From Octopus sinensis (taxonomy: Eukaryota): a stretch of 64,000 bases of DNA. Shown one piece after another: positions 38,810 through 51,255 of the stretch (position 1 is its first letter; each line of letters opens with the position of its first letter). The stretch covers positions 8,990,001-9,054,000 of the forward strand of contig NC_042997.1 in assembly GCF_006345805.1 (NCBI RefSeq). Direction: 5' to 3'. The notes under the pieces are model-generated. The model was not told where the DNA came from. It was given only the letters and a program-made list of their open reading frames with translations, and ran no database searches. The translations under genes were made by a program, and so were the position numbers.

Positions 38810-41800
38810 TCCCAAAATGGGCAGACAGGACTTGTGAGCCTTGGCTGGCAGTCTGTCTCGGAGAAGGAACACTCTAATTTAAAAACTGGGGTAGATAGGA
38901 CTCCTTAGTCACAGAGGTGACAACCTGTCAGTGTCCAATGGCTCCAGCTTGGGATGAAGGTGAATGAACCATGAATTGGGACTTAACTCTGGAGAAATAT
39001 CTACCATGCTAATAATTCGGCCAACTCACTATCTTAGTAATCATAATAATAATGACGATGACAATAATAATCATTTGGTGCTCATGTTTCCTGCTTGTTC
39101 ACATTAGTTGGTTTGATAAAAAGTCGCTGGTCCCAAGGACAGCATCATGTTCCAATGTCTACTTTGATATGTTTCAACTGTTGGATGTTACATTTAACTT
39201 TAACTACATTACAGAATATATTGGGTGCTTATTTCCTGCCACAAACACTAACAAGGTTACTATGCAGCTTGTAAGTATACAAATCCTGAGGGAATAGCTT
39301 TATGCGAGGAAATGCGGGGTAAAATACCTGAGAGAGGAAGTCGGAGCAGAACTGGTTTCTTGCTATAGAAGAGCTACATGACTGTTTGCATTTTAGAAGG
39401 AAGAGTAGGAGTGATGAAGTGAAGAAGGAAAGAGATACAAATAGGACTGCCTGCATGAATCCTCAAGTTACAAGGTGAATAGAAGTGAGTGGAACAAAGC
39501 GATTAGGATTGTGGAAGGGTGGGTGGTTGGAGGTTGCAAGAGAGTATGGGAGAAGGGAAGGATAGAGGAGAGGGGAGATGACTGTAAACATTAGGTAAGG
39601 ATGAAGAGCAAATGTAGTGAATGGTAAGAGAGGTTGGAGAGAGGAGATGACTGAGAGTACAGAGCCACAGAATATTAATGATGATACAGAAGAGAGAAGG
39701 ATGAAAGAGAGACGATATGTGGAAGGGCAGTTTTCAGGATTTGGTGGGTAAGAGAGGCAGGTGTAGGGCATGAGATGTGTGAGATGTATAGTGGTGGCTC
39801 AGCAGAAGTGAGGATGGTCAATGAAAGTGCGGTTGGTGCGAATCATATTAATGGACGAAAGGTCAATAACAAGTGAAACCGTTCTGGGCTGTATGAAAAG
39901 TAAGCTCCAACCTCATAAGAATAACTACTGGGTTATTCTAAGGAAACAGCAGTTTTTATCTTCGTTTCAATCTTGCTTGTTACCTTTTAGTTGACAAACA
40001 AAAAAAAAAACATCCAGTATTAGATACTACATAGAGGGAAAGGGTACCAGGCTCATTTATTATCTCATCATTATGGGTGGCCTAAAATTATAAACTGTAA
40101 GCGCTTCCCAGATTTTGAGTCACCTTAATATTTTTTCAAGTAGTTTAGCAATGATATTAACATTACTTTTAGCCAAAAGAAATCCAAAAGACTGATAGAA
40201 AATAGATGCAAAGCTGAATGACAACAGAAAACATAGTTTGGAATTCCAGAGAGCAAAAATATTACAATGGCTAAAAAAATACACATTCACCTGTCTACAG
40301 TGTCATTGGTTTGCATGTTTTATAGATATTTGGGCATAGATTTGGGTGAAACCAGGTTCAAAGGTGTCCAAACAAGAATGGAAAAGGAATTTTTTATGGG
40401 GTAAAAAAAATATTAACATCTCATTCCTAGGATTAGAATACAAATAAGTACTATCAGCTTATGCGTATAGTGGCTATAACATGTCTCTGTGGTACTGGAT
40501 TGGAGCCTGACAAATCTAAATTCTATAGAATGTAATACATATGATCTTTTAAAAAAAATATATGAAAAATGTATTAAGGCCTTTTTCAGAAAACAAATTT
40601 CTACAGCTGAAACTATTATTATATAAAATATAATCATACAGAGAAACTATAACAAACTGTAAAAAAAGCAATGATTTAAGCATGCAAGGCTGTAAATTTT
40701 TTTCTTTTTAAAAATTTCTTTCGATTATCACGCATCAAACACAATTTTAATTACTTTGAACTAAACAAGTTATTATAATAAATTAATACAAATAGATGTT
40801 TCTAAAATTTGTAATTAGTTAAAAATAATAAGTTTCAGATACAGTTAAATCAGCAGAACTATATTCCAGTATAGAAATTCTGCTTTAGACATTGAACTTC
40901 TTTCAGAAAGTAGGGAGTTCAAAATTGTCCACTCTCTTGAAACATTTCCACATGCAATTTAACTATAGGATAATTCCGTAACTTCTTTCCTTGTGATGAG
41001 TGTAAGATCTGATATTCTTAGCGTTGCAAGTCAAATGTTCCTGATTTTGCCCCTATCATGCTGTCATTTGGGTTGGGGGAAAGCAGAGGATATATTTCTG
41101 TATTTTATGAAGAACATAATTTTGCTTTTAGTGGAATGAATGGCCAACAAAAATATATCACTTAGAAATTATAAATATGATTAAAAAAAAAGGAAGAAAT
41201 ATGTACATTATATATTTACTTTACCCAACAACATGTGAAAGAATTAACAAGAGTAACAGTGAGTAATATACAATAAGCCCATCAAGCCAATACATAGAAT
41301 GTTGGAATATAACCTTTGCTTTTACAGGAACAAAGCAAGAAGTATATTTTTTAAATTATAAAAATAAAGCAAAAAGTGCTTCTTGTCTATTTTATCTTAT
41401 CCATCTGAGCATTCAGGAAATAAGAATATCAATGAGTAATATACAATGGGACCATCAAACTTAACCAAGTCTGACTCTAAAATATATAAATGTGTACATA
41501 TCTATCCATTAATCTCAATGCATATGTCATATAGGGCCTACTTCCTACCTCATATCAATATTGTTGTCATAATGAATTTGTTTCTCCCTCTTCTTCGTTT
41601 TCATCATCTTTGTTTACATTAATAGTATTATCCACCCTATGCCTCTTAGCCTCATCATCACTGTAGACATCATCATCAGCAGCAGCAGCAGCAGTGTCAT
41701 TAGTTTCTCATTTGTTCAACCATGCTGGAGTGAATTGCATTAGAAAGGGAAACTATAAAATTGACTTTGGTATAAATCAAATCATTAAAGGTGGAAGGAA

Positions 41801-41860
41801 AATCACACACACACACCCACACACATGTGTGTGTGTATTTATATATATATATATATATAA

Positions 41861-42336
41861 ATGAGGCTAGTATGATCCACTGGATGTGTAATGTCAGTGT
41901 GCACATATGACAGAGTGTAAGTGCCCTCAGAGAAATGTTGGACATAAGAGGAATCAGATGTGGTGTGCAAGAGAGATGACTGTGTTGGTATAGTCATGTG
42001 CTGCATATGGATGAGAAGAGCTGTGTGAAGAAGTGTCACTCCCTAAGAGTGGAAGGAACCCGTGGAAGAGGGGGACCCAGGAAAACATGTGATGAGATGG
42101 TGAAGCATGACCATTGAATGTTGGGCCTCACAGAGGCAATAATAAAAGACCAAGACCTCTGGAGATATGCTGTGATTGAGAAGACCTGGCAACTAAAGTG
42201 AGATCACAGCTGTAGCCTATAACAGTTTCACATAACCAGCCCATTTAAAAAGTACCTTTGAATCATCAGGCAACACACTGTGCTTGAGGAGACCTATTCG
42301 GTCAAGTAAAATCAAAGCCAAAATCAAAAATCAAAT
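41861..42336 (+). mobile_element. RTE LINE ORF C-terminus and start of 3' UTR
   Basis: EASMIHWMCNV...CWYSHVLHMDE..CVKKC...GRGGPRKTCDEMVKHD. Confidence 0.85.
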
Positions 42337-42890
42337 CACATCATCATCATCGTTTAGCGTCCGTTTTCCATGCTAGCATGGGTTGGACGGTTCTACTGGG
42401 GTCTGTGAAGCCAGAAGGCTTCATCAGACCCAGTCAAATCTGGCAGTGTTTCTACGGCTGGATGCCCTTCCTAACGCCAACCACTCTGTGAGTGTAGTGG
42501 GTGCTTTTTACGTGCCACCCGCACAGGTGCCAGACATTGTAGTTATGGCCAATGCCAGTGCAGCCTGACTGGCTTTCATGCTGGTGGCACACAATAAGCA
42601 CCATTCATGCATGGGTCATTGCCAGTGCCGCCTGACTGGCTCCCTGTGCTATTGACACATAAAAAGCACCATCCAAATGTGGATGATGCCAGTGCTGCCT
42701 GACTGGCCCCCTGTAAAAAGTACTCATTACACTCTTGCAGTGGTTGGCATTAGGAAAGGCATCCAACTGTAGAAACATTACCAGATCAGACTGGATCCTG
42801 GTGAGCCCTCCTAGCTTACCAGTCCCCAGTCAAACCGTCCAACCCATGCCAGCATGGAAAATGGACATTAAGCAATGATGATGATGATGA
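42337..42890. mobile_element. Two abutting RTE 3' ends in opposite orientation (-, 42337-42545; +, 42546-42890)
   Basis: (CAT)n start and (GAT)n end; the conserved terminus is present in both orientations. Confidence 0.8.
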
Positions 42891-42997
42891 AATAGAAACA
42901 TTACTATTTCTAAATCTCTCAACAAGAGACATTCAGTACTCTAAAGTAAAGATTATTTGTCAACATAATGTGACAGTCTTGGTTGGGACAAATGTGA

Positions 42998-43215
42998 CCG
43001 TTATTTAGCCGCAGGAAACATTGTCTCCAGCTGGCAATACAACACACTATCTGTGTCCTTATATTTTATATTTAGCATCCCCACTCAGCACGTGGTCCAC
43101 AGATATTGCTTTGTACTGAGTGCAGAGGCTAGACTCCCCTGTTCTAAAATAAAGGGACACAGATAGTGTATTATATAGCCAGCTAGAGATGATGTTTCCT
43201 GGGGCTAAATAACTG
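42998..43215. mobile_element. Palindromic MITE with ~70-bp imperfect TIRs, superfamily unassigned
   Basis: ccgttatttagccgcaggaaaca...ctatctgtgtcc versus ggacacagatag...tgtttcctggggctaaataactg; no clear TSD. Confidence 0.75.
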
Positions 43216-43271
43216 CAACACTCTTCACAACTGGGACTACCACATTATGTTGGCAAATAATCTTCACTATA

Positions 43272-43326
<55 letters not shown>

Positions 43327-43879
43327 CAGTTATGGCTGTGTGGTAAAAAGTTTGCTTCTCAGCCACTTAGTTTCAGGTTCAGTTCCACTGGGTGGCACGT
43401 TGCAAAAATGTCTTTTAAAGATTGAATATTAGCATTAAAAGTTAGCATTGAAATTAAAAGTCGGTAATAGAGAAGTAAAATCAATAAGGTATTGAAAAAT
43501 TCCAAAATTAAAATGTTGAAAAATATATATAAACATGAAATTTCAATTAACAATTAAAAATTAACTGCCTCTACACATGAGTAAAAACCCAGACTTAACC
43601 ATAAATTTGATTGGGGTAACACCCAATGTTTTCACACAGGTAATCCTCCTTAAATCCAAATTTTTTAATTTTTTATTTTAAATTCTTTTCAATTTCTCTT
43701 TCCACATTCTCTCAGTTTATCCTTCTTTATAAATTAATTATTAATTTATTTATATATATATTTATCTACTTATCTGTGATAAATATATGACTCCTGGTCA
43801 GGATGACAGGGGCTTGAGATTCCTGGTGGTTTGATGTGCTTGAAAAGACATGTAAAAGCATGATTTCCCTTGTAAAAGA

Positions 43880-44508
43880 CATGTAAAAACATTCATGTGT
43901 GAGTCATTGCCAATGCTGCCTGACTGGCTCCCCATGCCAGTGGCACATAAAAAGCACCATCTGAATGTGGCTGATACCAGCACTGCCTGACTGGCTCCCG
44001 TGCCGGTAGCACATAAAAAGTACCCACTACACTCTTGGAGTGGTTGGCATTAGGAAGGGCATCCAGCTGTAGAAACATTACCAGAGTAATGCATGGTTGC
44101 CCTTGCATGCAGGCTTATTTTTTGCAACCCTCTTCAGCTGAGCATCCCTAATCTTGTGGGCTCATTGGTGTTGATGCCACGTAAAAAACACCCATGCTGG
44201 TGCTGTGTAAAAGCACCCAATACACTCTGTAAAGTGGCTGGTATTAGGAATAGCATCCAGTTGTAGAAACTATGCCACAACAGACATGGTGTCTGAACAG
44301 CTCTTCAGTTGGTCAGCTCTTGACAAATTGTCCAACCGATGGCAGCATGGAAAACAGACACTAAATGATGATGATGATGATATATATCATCATCATCATC
44401 ATCATCATCATCGTTTAGCGTCCGCTTTCCATGCTAGCATATATATATACAATCTTAAATGTTTAATCTTTAAATTGTTTCAGCTTCAAAGCTGCAGTCA
44501 TGTATCAC

Positions 44509-44559
<51 letters not shown>

Positions 44560-44880
44560 TATATATATATACATGTACATGCATGCATATATATATTTAT
44601 GCCATTGCCAATGCTGCTGGACTGGCTCCTGTGCAGGTGGCATGTAAAAAACACCATTTGAATCTGGCCGTTGCCAGTACCACCTAACTAGCCCTCATGC
44701 CAGTGGCACGTAAAAGCACCCATTACACTCTCAGAGTGGTTGGCATTAGGAAGGGCATCCAGCTGTAGAAACTCTGCCAGATCATATTGGAGCCTGGTGC
44801 AGCCATCTAGTTCACCAGTCCCCAGTCAAATCGTCCAACCCATGCCAGCATGGAAAGCGGACAGTAAACAATGATGATGA
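43880..44880. mobile_element. Cluster of RTE 3' ends (+ 43880-44085, + 44170-44380, - 44385-44440, + 44600-44880)
   Basis: Conserved terminus and (GAT)n/(CAT)n tails. Confidence 0.75.
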
Positions 44881-46424
44881 TGTATATATGTATACGTGTA
44901 TGTGTGTATATGTCTACATCTATATAAAAAAAAAAAAATAATAATATCGCTATCTCATGTACTTACCTTTAACCCAACCATGTTTTTACTTACCACTACA
45001 ACTCATACTGTCTCTCACCAGAGGTCCACTCATTGAACTTTCAGTCCTGTGATGAAGACTTTATGCTTTGAAAAGAGAGAGAAGGGGGAAGGAATATTTG
45101 AAAGAGTTTCAAATGACCCAAAGTCATTGCTAACTGAGCTACGAGCACCCAATCAGAATAACTGACCTGTGTCAAAAAAGCAAAAAAAAAACCAACAAAA
45201 GAAACATTACAAGTTATGTATATTGCAAAATTTTCAAAATTTTGACACTGTATTATAGATATTTATATATATATATAAATAGATATTTAAGGAAAGTTAA
45301 TGGTTTTGTATATTTCTGAATAGACAACTTATGTCTTCCAGGCTGCAATCAAAATTAATATACTTTAGTTGCTAATAAGCATAATTATGTTTGTAACTAT
45401 AGGGATCTATAGAGGTTCCATTTAAGTAATTGGTTCTACCAAGCAAATTTAATACAGAAATGTGTTGTCTAGACACACGAAATGTTATACTTATTACATT
45501 AGCCCTACAGCAACAAAATTCAAATCCAAATGGAATAATTGCATTCATTTTTTAAAAAGAAACAAAACATTACGTAATACCACATTAACAAAATTTATTT
45601 GGAAGCGTAAGTATAGAAATACAAATTACTATATTTCCTGGTTGAATAAAGAGGATGGGGCTAGTTGTAATTTGTGCTGCATGAAGGCGTTTTGATTCTT
45701 AAGGTGCAATTCCAGTTTCATTAATAAATTCAGTGAGTTATTGATTTATTGTTCACACCAATTTAATAAAACTTTCTTTTAAAATTCCATTTAGCTAACT
45801 TACATTACATAACATAATATAATATATAGTGTTATTGATCACGTTCCAATTTTCCATATTACTATAGTTCTTCAGTAACCTTTCTTCATACTTAAGCCCT
45901 GTGCTACCATTTAACCAATTCCTATAGTATTAATCATCTGATCTTTATTCATTTCAGTCTTAATTAATTAAATGATATATGCTTTCCTTGCATGCATTTT
46001 ACTCTATATTTATCTTTTATTTTCCTGTTTTCCTTTTTCCCCTTTTTTTTTTTACAATTCTGTACTGATTTAGCAATTTCAAACCTTTTCATTTTGAAGT
46101 TAATTTAAAATAATTTCCATTTCCACAGAAATCAACTTCTTTGAGAATTGAAGCTCTATTTTTAAATATTTAGCAATACATGAAATATTAATTCTAACTT
46201 AAGCATTAGTTTGGAATGTAGTTTAAGCAATGAAGAAGTGAAGAAATGAAAAGAAAATGAAGATCCAAAATGGAAATGACAAAGTGATATTTCTGAACAT
46301 ATGTGGTTAAAAAAATTGGACGCAAACAAAAATAGTGCTAAAGGGATACTCATAAGTGAGTAACATAAAAACTGAGTACCATATAAGCTGATTAATATAT
46401 AAATGCATACATATATATTAGAAG

Positions 46425-46762
46425 TGAAGGCGCATGGCTCAGTGGTTAGAGCGGCGAGCTTACGATCGTGAGGTTGTGAGCTCGAATCCCAGACCAGGCT
46501 GCGTGTTGTGTTCTTAAGCAAGGCACTTTATTTCATGTTGCTCCAGTTCACTCAGCTGTAGAAATGAGTTGCGACGTCACTGGTGCCAAGCTGTATCGAC
46601 CTTTGTCTTTCCCTTGGATAATACTGGTAGCGTGGAGAGGGGAGGCTGGTATGCATGGGCGACTGCTGGTCTTCCATAAACAACCTCGCCCAGACTTGTG
46701 TCTAGGAGGGTAACTTTCTGGGTGCAATCCTATGGTCTGTGTCGTGACCGAAGGGGGTCTCC
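46425..46762 (+). mobile_element. SINE family C
   Basis: tggctcagtggtt A-box, gagctcgaatccc B-box; 13-bp repeat tatatattagaag at 46412-46424 and 46796-46808. Confidence 0.88.
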
Positions 46763-47479
46763 GATATATTAGGTTTGGAGATGATGTACAGGTATTATAT
46801 ATTAGAAGAATCAAAGTATTAAATTCACTTTACTTCATCCTCTAAATCTGAAATCCAAGGCAGACAATCTGGTTGATGCTTATGCATCAGTAAAACCCAT
46901 TCATGGGTTTTCTGCCCAAAAGCCTAGAGGAAGACCAGCTGTAACAGCAAGAATAAATCACAGTCATAATATGATACTTGGCACAATCCTGGAGTTATCA
47001 AAACAAGTTTCCCAATCTTCATTACCAGGGGCAAATCATGAAACTCAAGAAACCTCTCTCTTTAATTTCCTTTTACAATATTATTCTTCCATTATTTTGT
47101 TCAGTGCAATGTATTTACTAAATTTGTAGTTGGCTATTCAGCCAACTACAAAATGAGTAAACAAAATGGTAAAAATTTCTCCAAAGATTTATCGGTTTAG
47201 TTTTAGCTTATGGTCAGCATTATAGGAGGAAAAAATAAGTGGGACATAGCAGATGGCAATGAGAGTGAAGTGTGATCTTCATTCAAGGCTGCCCAACCCC
47301 CAAGAAGCTTAATTTCACTTTGTAGCTAAATACATTCATATATGATTGTATATTTATTCTTAACCTATGCTATACTGATATCAGAAATTAACAGTTCATA
47401 TCCTACTCTAGTATTGGGATGTTTCCAGAGTAGGAATATGACAGGAATGTGATTTTAAAGATATAGTAACTAGGAGCAC

Positions 47480-47795
47480 TCTGTAGGTTACGACGACGAG
47501 GGTCCCAGCTCATACGATCAATGGAACAGCTTGCTCGTGAAATTAACGTCAAGTGACTGAGCACTCCACAAACACGTGTACCCTTAATGTAGTTCGCAAG
47601 GAGATTCAATGTGACACAGAATGTAACAAGGCTGGCACTTTTTGAAACACTGGTACTACTCATTTTTGCCAGCTGAGTGTACTGGAGCAACGTGAAATAA
47701 AGTGTCTTGCTCAAGGACACAACGCATCGCTAGGAATCAAACTCACAACCTTACGATCATAAGCTAAGTATCCTAACCACTGAGCCACGCCCTCC
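47480..47795 (-). mobile_element. SINE with B/C-type body and D-type tail
   Basis: ttgagcaagacactttatttcacgttgctccag body followed by aagggtacacgtg...ccctcgtcgtcgtaacc tail. Confidence 0.8.
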
Positions 47796-48425
47796 CTCAC
47801 TAAGATGCTTGAAAATATAGTGTTCCATTTTCCCAGTTGTTTCATGTTTCAACATAGAACATATGCTAAATAATATATTTCTTACACTGCAAATGGTTAA
47901 AACCGAACCTTAGTTGTTTCCATATCTCATCCGTATCTTCTACCAGTAGATTTTCATGTCACCTTGTTTTGCAGATGTATATAAATAATACAGTCTATTT
48001 TTTTCTCCGATTTCCTTACGAAATTCTTTTCACTATTGCATATATTTCACCCTTCTGGCATGTGACAAAACATTTTCCATTTCTTTTGGAAACACTACTT
48101 CTGTTCAAATGCAAACTGTCATATTTTCTGTTAACTTAGCTAATAGCTTTATTGATATTATTTTCGTTGTCACTGTTAAGTTTTTAATGTTGTTGTTTAA
48201 CTCATGTTAACCTAATAATCAAAGATGTTCCATTTATGTCTACCCGATCTTTTCTAAGATTGTCAGATGTGATTTGAGAGTAATTTGTAGTGCACCTTTA
48301 TAAACTAGCAGTGCACCTCTATAAAGGCACCTTTGCATGTTGCTACATTAGCATTTTATTTTAATACATTCACATTTCCATTTTAATTTTGTCAGAGTTA
48401 TTAACAATAATGTTAGATGGAGGCA

Positions 48426-48783
48426 GTAGAGGTGCAATGGCCCAGTGGTCTTAGGATCGCAGTTTCAATTCCCAGACCAGGCGTTGTGAGTGTTTATTGA
48501 GCGAAAACACCTAAAGCTCCACGAGGCTCCAGCAGGGGGTGGTGGTGAACCTTGCTGTTCTCTTTCACCACAACTTTCTCTCACTCTTTCTTCCTGTTTC
48601 TGTTATACCTGTATTTCAAAGGGGCCAGCCTTGTCACACTCTGTGTCACACTGAATCTCCCCCGAGAACTACGTTAAGAGTACACGTGCCTGTGGAGTGC
48701 TCAGCCACTTGCACATTAATTTCACGAGCAGGCTGTTCCGTTGATCGGATCAACTGGAACCCTCATTGTTGTAACTGCCAGTC
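48426..48783 (+). mobile_element. SINE family D nested in the head of a SINE family E copy
   Basis: 13-bp TSD ttagatggaggca (48413-48425, 48784-48796); the E body resumes at 48797. Confidence 0.85.
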
Positions 48784-49581
48784 TTAGATGGAGGCAACTG
48801 ACAGAAGCTTTAGATTCCTCACTCTCTAAGTTCAAATTCATCTGAGGTCAGCTTTACTTTTCATCTCTTGTGGTTGATGAAATCAACTATATTTTTATCC
48901 CCAAAATATCTGACTTTGTAGTTATACATCAGTATTTTTAATGTTGTTCTTGTTGCAATTATTAGATAAATCTTCTTTGTTTACCTTCAGTAAACAAAAT
49001 AGGATACTTTAACTTTACAATTCATCTTCCTTGTAATCTTCCTAATAAGATATTCTGCAGTGAAGGCAACCAGAAATGCCATCGCTGCAGTGGTGATGGT
49101 GGGTGTGGTGGTGATGGTAGATGGTGGTGGTGGTGCTGGTACTGGTGGTGTTTATGATGATGATGATAGGTGTGATGATGGTAGGGCTTGTGAAAAATGT
49201 TACTCCAAGTTTACTTGGTGATTTTCAAATGTAACTTAAGTAATTCTTATTTTGGATTTTAATTTCCCACAGAGACATTATTGAACATCTTCATGCATCC
49301 ACTCCTTACTGGAGTTAGACAACAAGGTTGTTCTTTTAAAAAGTATTTCCATTTTATTTAACAATCTAACAATAAGTGAAAAAAAAATGGCTTGTTCATG
49401 GTTGGGATGTGTCCCTAAGGAAGATTATATTGAACGAAAGAACACAATTTTATAAAAAATATGTTTAAGAAATATCAACAAACACACAAACACATTGCAA
49501 GAAATGAAAAAAACTACATTCTCACAAAAAACAGTAAAGCAGACAACACATTCAACAAAAACAGTAAGAGCAACAAGAGTA

Positions 49582-49860
49582 TGGTGGAGGCACATGGCCA
49601 AGTGGTTAGAGCAGCAGATTCGCAGTCGAAGGATCACAGGTTTGAATCTCAGACCGGGCGATGTGTGTGTTATGAGGGAAACACCTAAGCTCCACACAGT
49701 TCCAGCAGAAGGTAATGGCAAACTTCTGCTGACTCTTTCACCACAACTTTCTCTCACTCTTTCCTCCTGCATCTTGCAGCTCACCTGTGACGGACCAGCA
49801 TCCCATCCAGGTGGGGAACCTATATGCCAAGGAAACCGGGAAAACGGCTAGGCAAGGCTT
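49582..49860 (+). mobile_element. SINE with D-type body and B-like tail
   Basis: acacctaagctccac...ctctttcaccacaactttctctcactc body; catcccatccagg...ggaaaccggg tail. Confidence 0.75.
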
Positions 49861-50198
49861 GAGAAGGAAAAAACAACAAAAACAACAACAACAAGAGCAT
49901 GAATCAATATTTGCCGTGAGATAAAAATAGAGAATTAAAAAACATCAGGCTTCATAAACATTCTTTTGGGATCATTTTACTGAAAGAACTAAAGTTTAGC
50001 AGTATTTTTTCTCCACAAGACCAGTGTACCCCAGTCCATCACAGAGTCACAAACCAGAAGAAGATAGCCCACCTTCACCCTGTATCCTTGACCACGGATG
50101 CCTTCTTTGTTCTATTCAAGCAGGAGTTGGAAACAACCCTATATTTATCATCTGTAAACTAAGGGATGGCAAAAATCCAAATCATGTGATTCACTTAC

Positions 50199-50334
50199 CC
50201 ATAAATTGTTCCTGCAGCATTTGGGATGACGGTAAACAGAGAGCATTGGTGAGGATTCTAAACTCTGTCTTGTAGTCACCTGTGTAGCAGATGTAACTTT
50301 TAATATTATATTGTTGGGTGAGATCAGCATGGTC
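50199..50334 (-). CDS. Candidate exon DHADLTQQYNIKSYICYTGDYKTEFRILTNALCLPSSQMLQEQFM, product unknown
   Basis: Perfect G|gtaagt donor at 50198; TAG acceptor at 50335-50337 (alternative CAG at 50280-50282); open frame of 45 codons. Confidence 0.25.
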
Positions 50335-50544
50335 CTACAAGTACTAATAAGCCAAGACATGATAACAGAACTGTGTCTTGAAGAGGGGGCTGAGAGAAAA
50401 CCTCATAATACAACATCCAAGGTAGACAATCCAGTTGGTGCATATCTAACAATAAACCCCATTTAAGGTCTCTCTGTCTAGGAAGCCTGAAATAACAGAA
50501 ATAGAAACACATTTTAAACAGCACAAAAAGGGCAGAATATTAGT

Positions 50545-51255
50545 ATAAATGGCGACAAGCTGGCAGAAACATTAGCATGCCAGGCAAAATGCTTAGCGGT
50601 ATTTCGTCTGCTGTTACGTTCTGAGTTCAAATTCTGCTGAGGTCGACTTTGCCTTTCATCTTTTCGGGGTCGATAAATTAAGTACCAGTTGTGCACTGGA
50701 GTCGATGTAATCGATTTAATCACTTTGTCTATCCTTATTTGTCTATGTCTAGCCCCTTGTGGGCAATAAAGATATAAGTATATTAGCATAGACTTCAAAT
50801 ATGCATAATGAAGAGTTATATTCTCTTTTACTCTTTTACTTGTTTCAGTCATTAGACAGCAGCCGAGCCTTGAATAATTTTTAGTCAAATGAATCAACCC
50901 TAGTACTTTTTAGTTTCAGCCAGGTACTTATTTTATCATTATCTTTTGCCAAACTGCTAATTTGCAGGATGTAAACACACCACCACCAGTTGACAAGTAG
51001 TGGTGGGGGACAAAGACATATACAAAGACATATACACACCTACACACACTCATGTGTACACACACATACATACACACATGCGCACATGCACACACACACA
51101 CACACACGAACACACAATGGGCTTCTTTTCAGTTTCCATCAACCAAATTCACTCACAAGGCTTTGGTCAGCCCAAGGCTATAACAGAAGACACTTGGCTA
51201 AGGTGCTACACAGTGGGATTGAACCTGGAACCATGTGGTTGGGAAGCAAGCTTGA
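50545..51255. mobile_element. SINE family E (+, 50545-50775) and SINE family A (-, 50821-51255)
   Basis: Family matches. Confidence 0.85.

Noticed and set aside
38810-39045. HDV-like ribozyme at a putative RTE 5' UTR
   Set aside because: I could not assemble the nested double pseudoknot by eye; the resemblance to the HDV 3' end is short enough to be chance.
39300-39900. Purine-rich block with a 102-aa Ser/Leu/Pro-rich minus-strand ORF
   Set aside because: Low-complexity composition explains the ORF; no domain was recognised.
44955-45100. Minus-strand acceptor with three nearby donor-like sites
   Set aside because: All three frames from the acceptor hit stops; it could be a UTR exon but there is no support.
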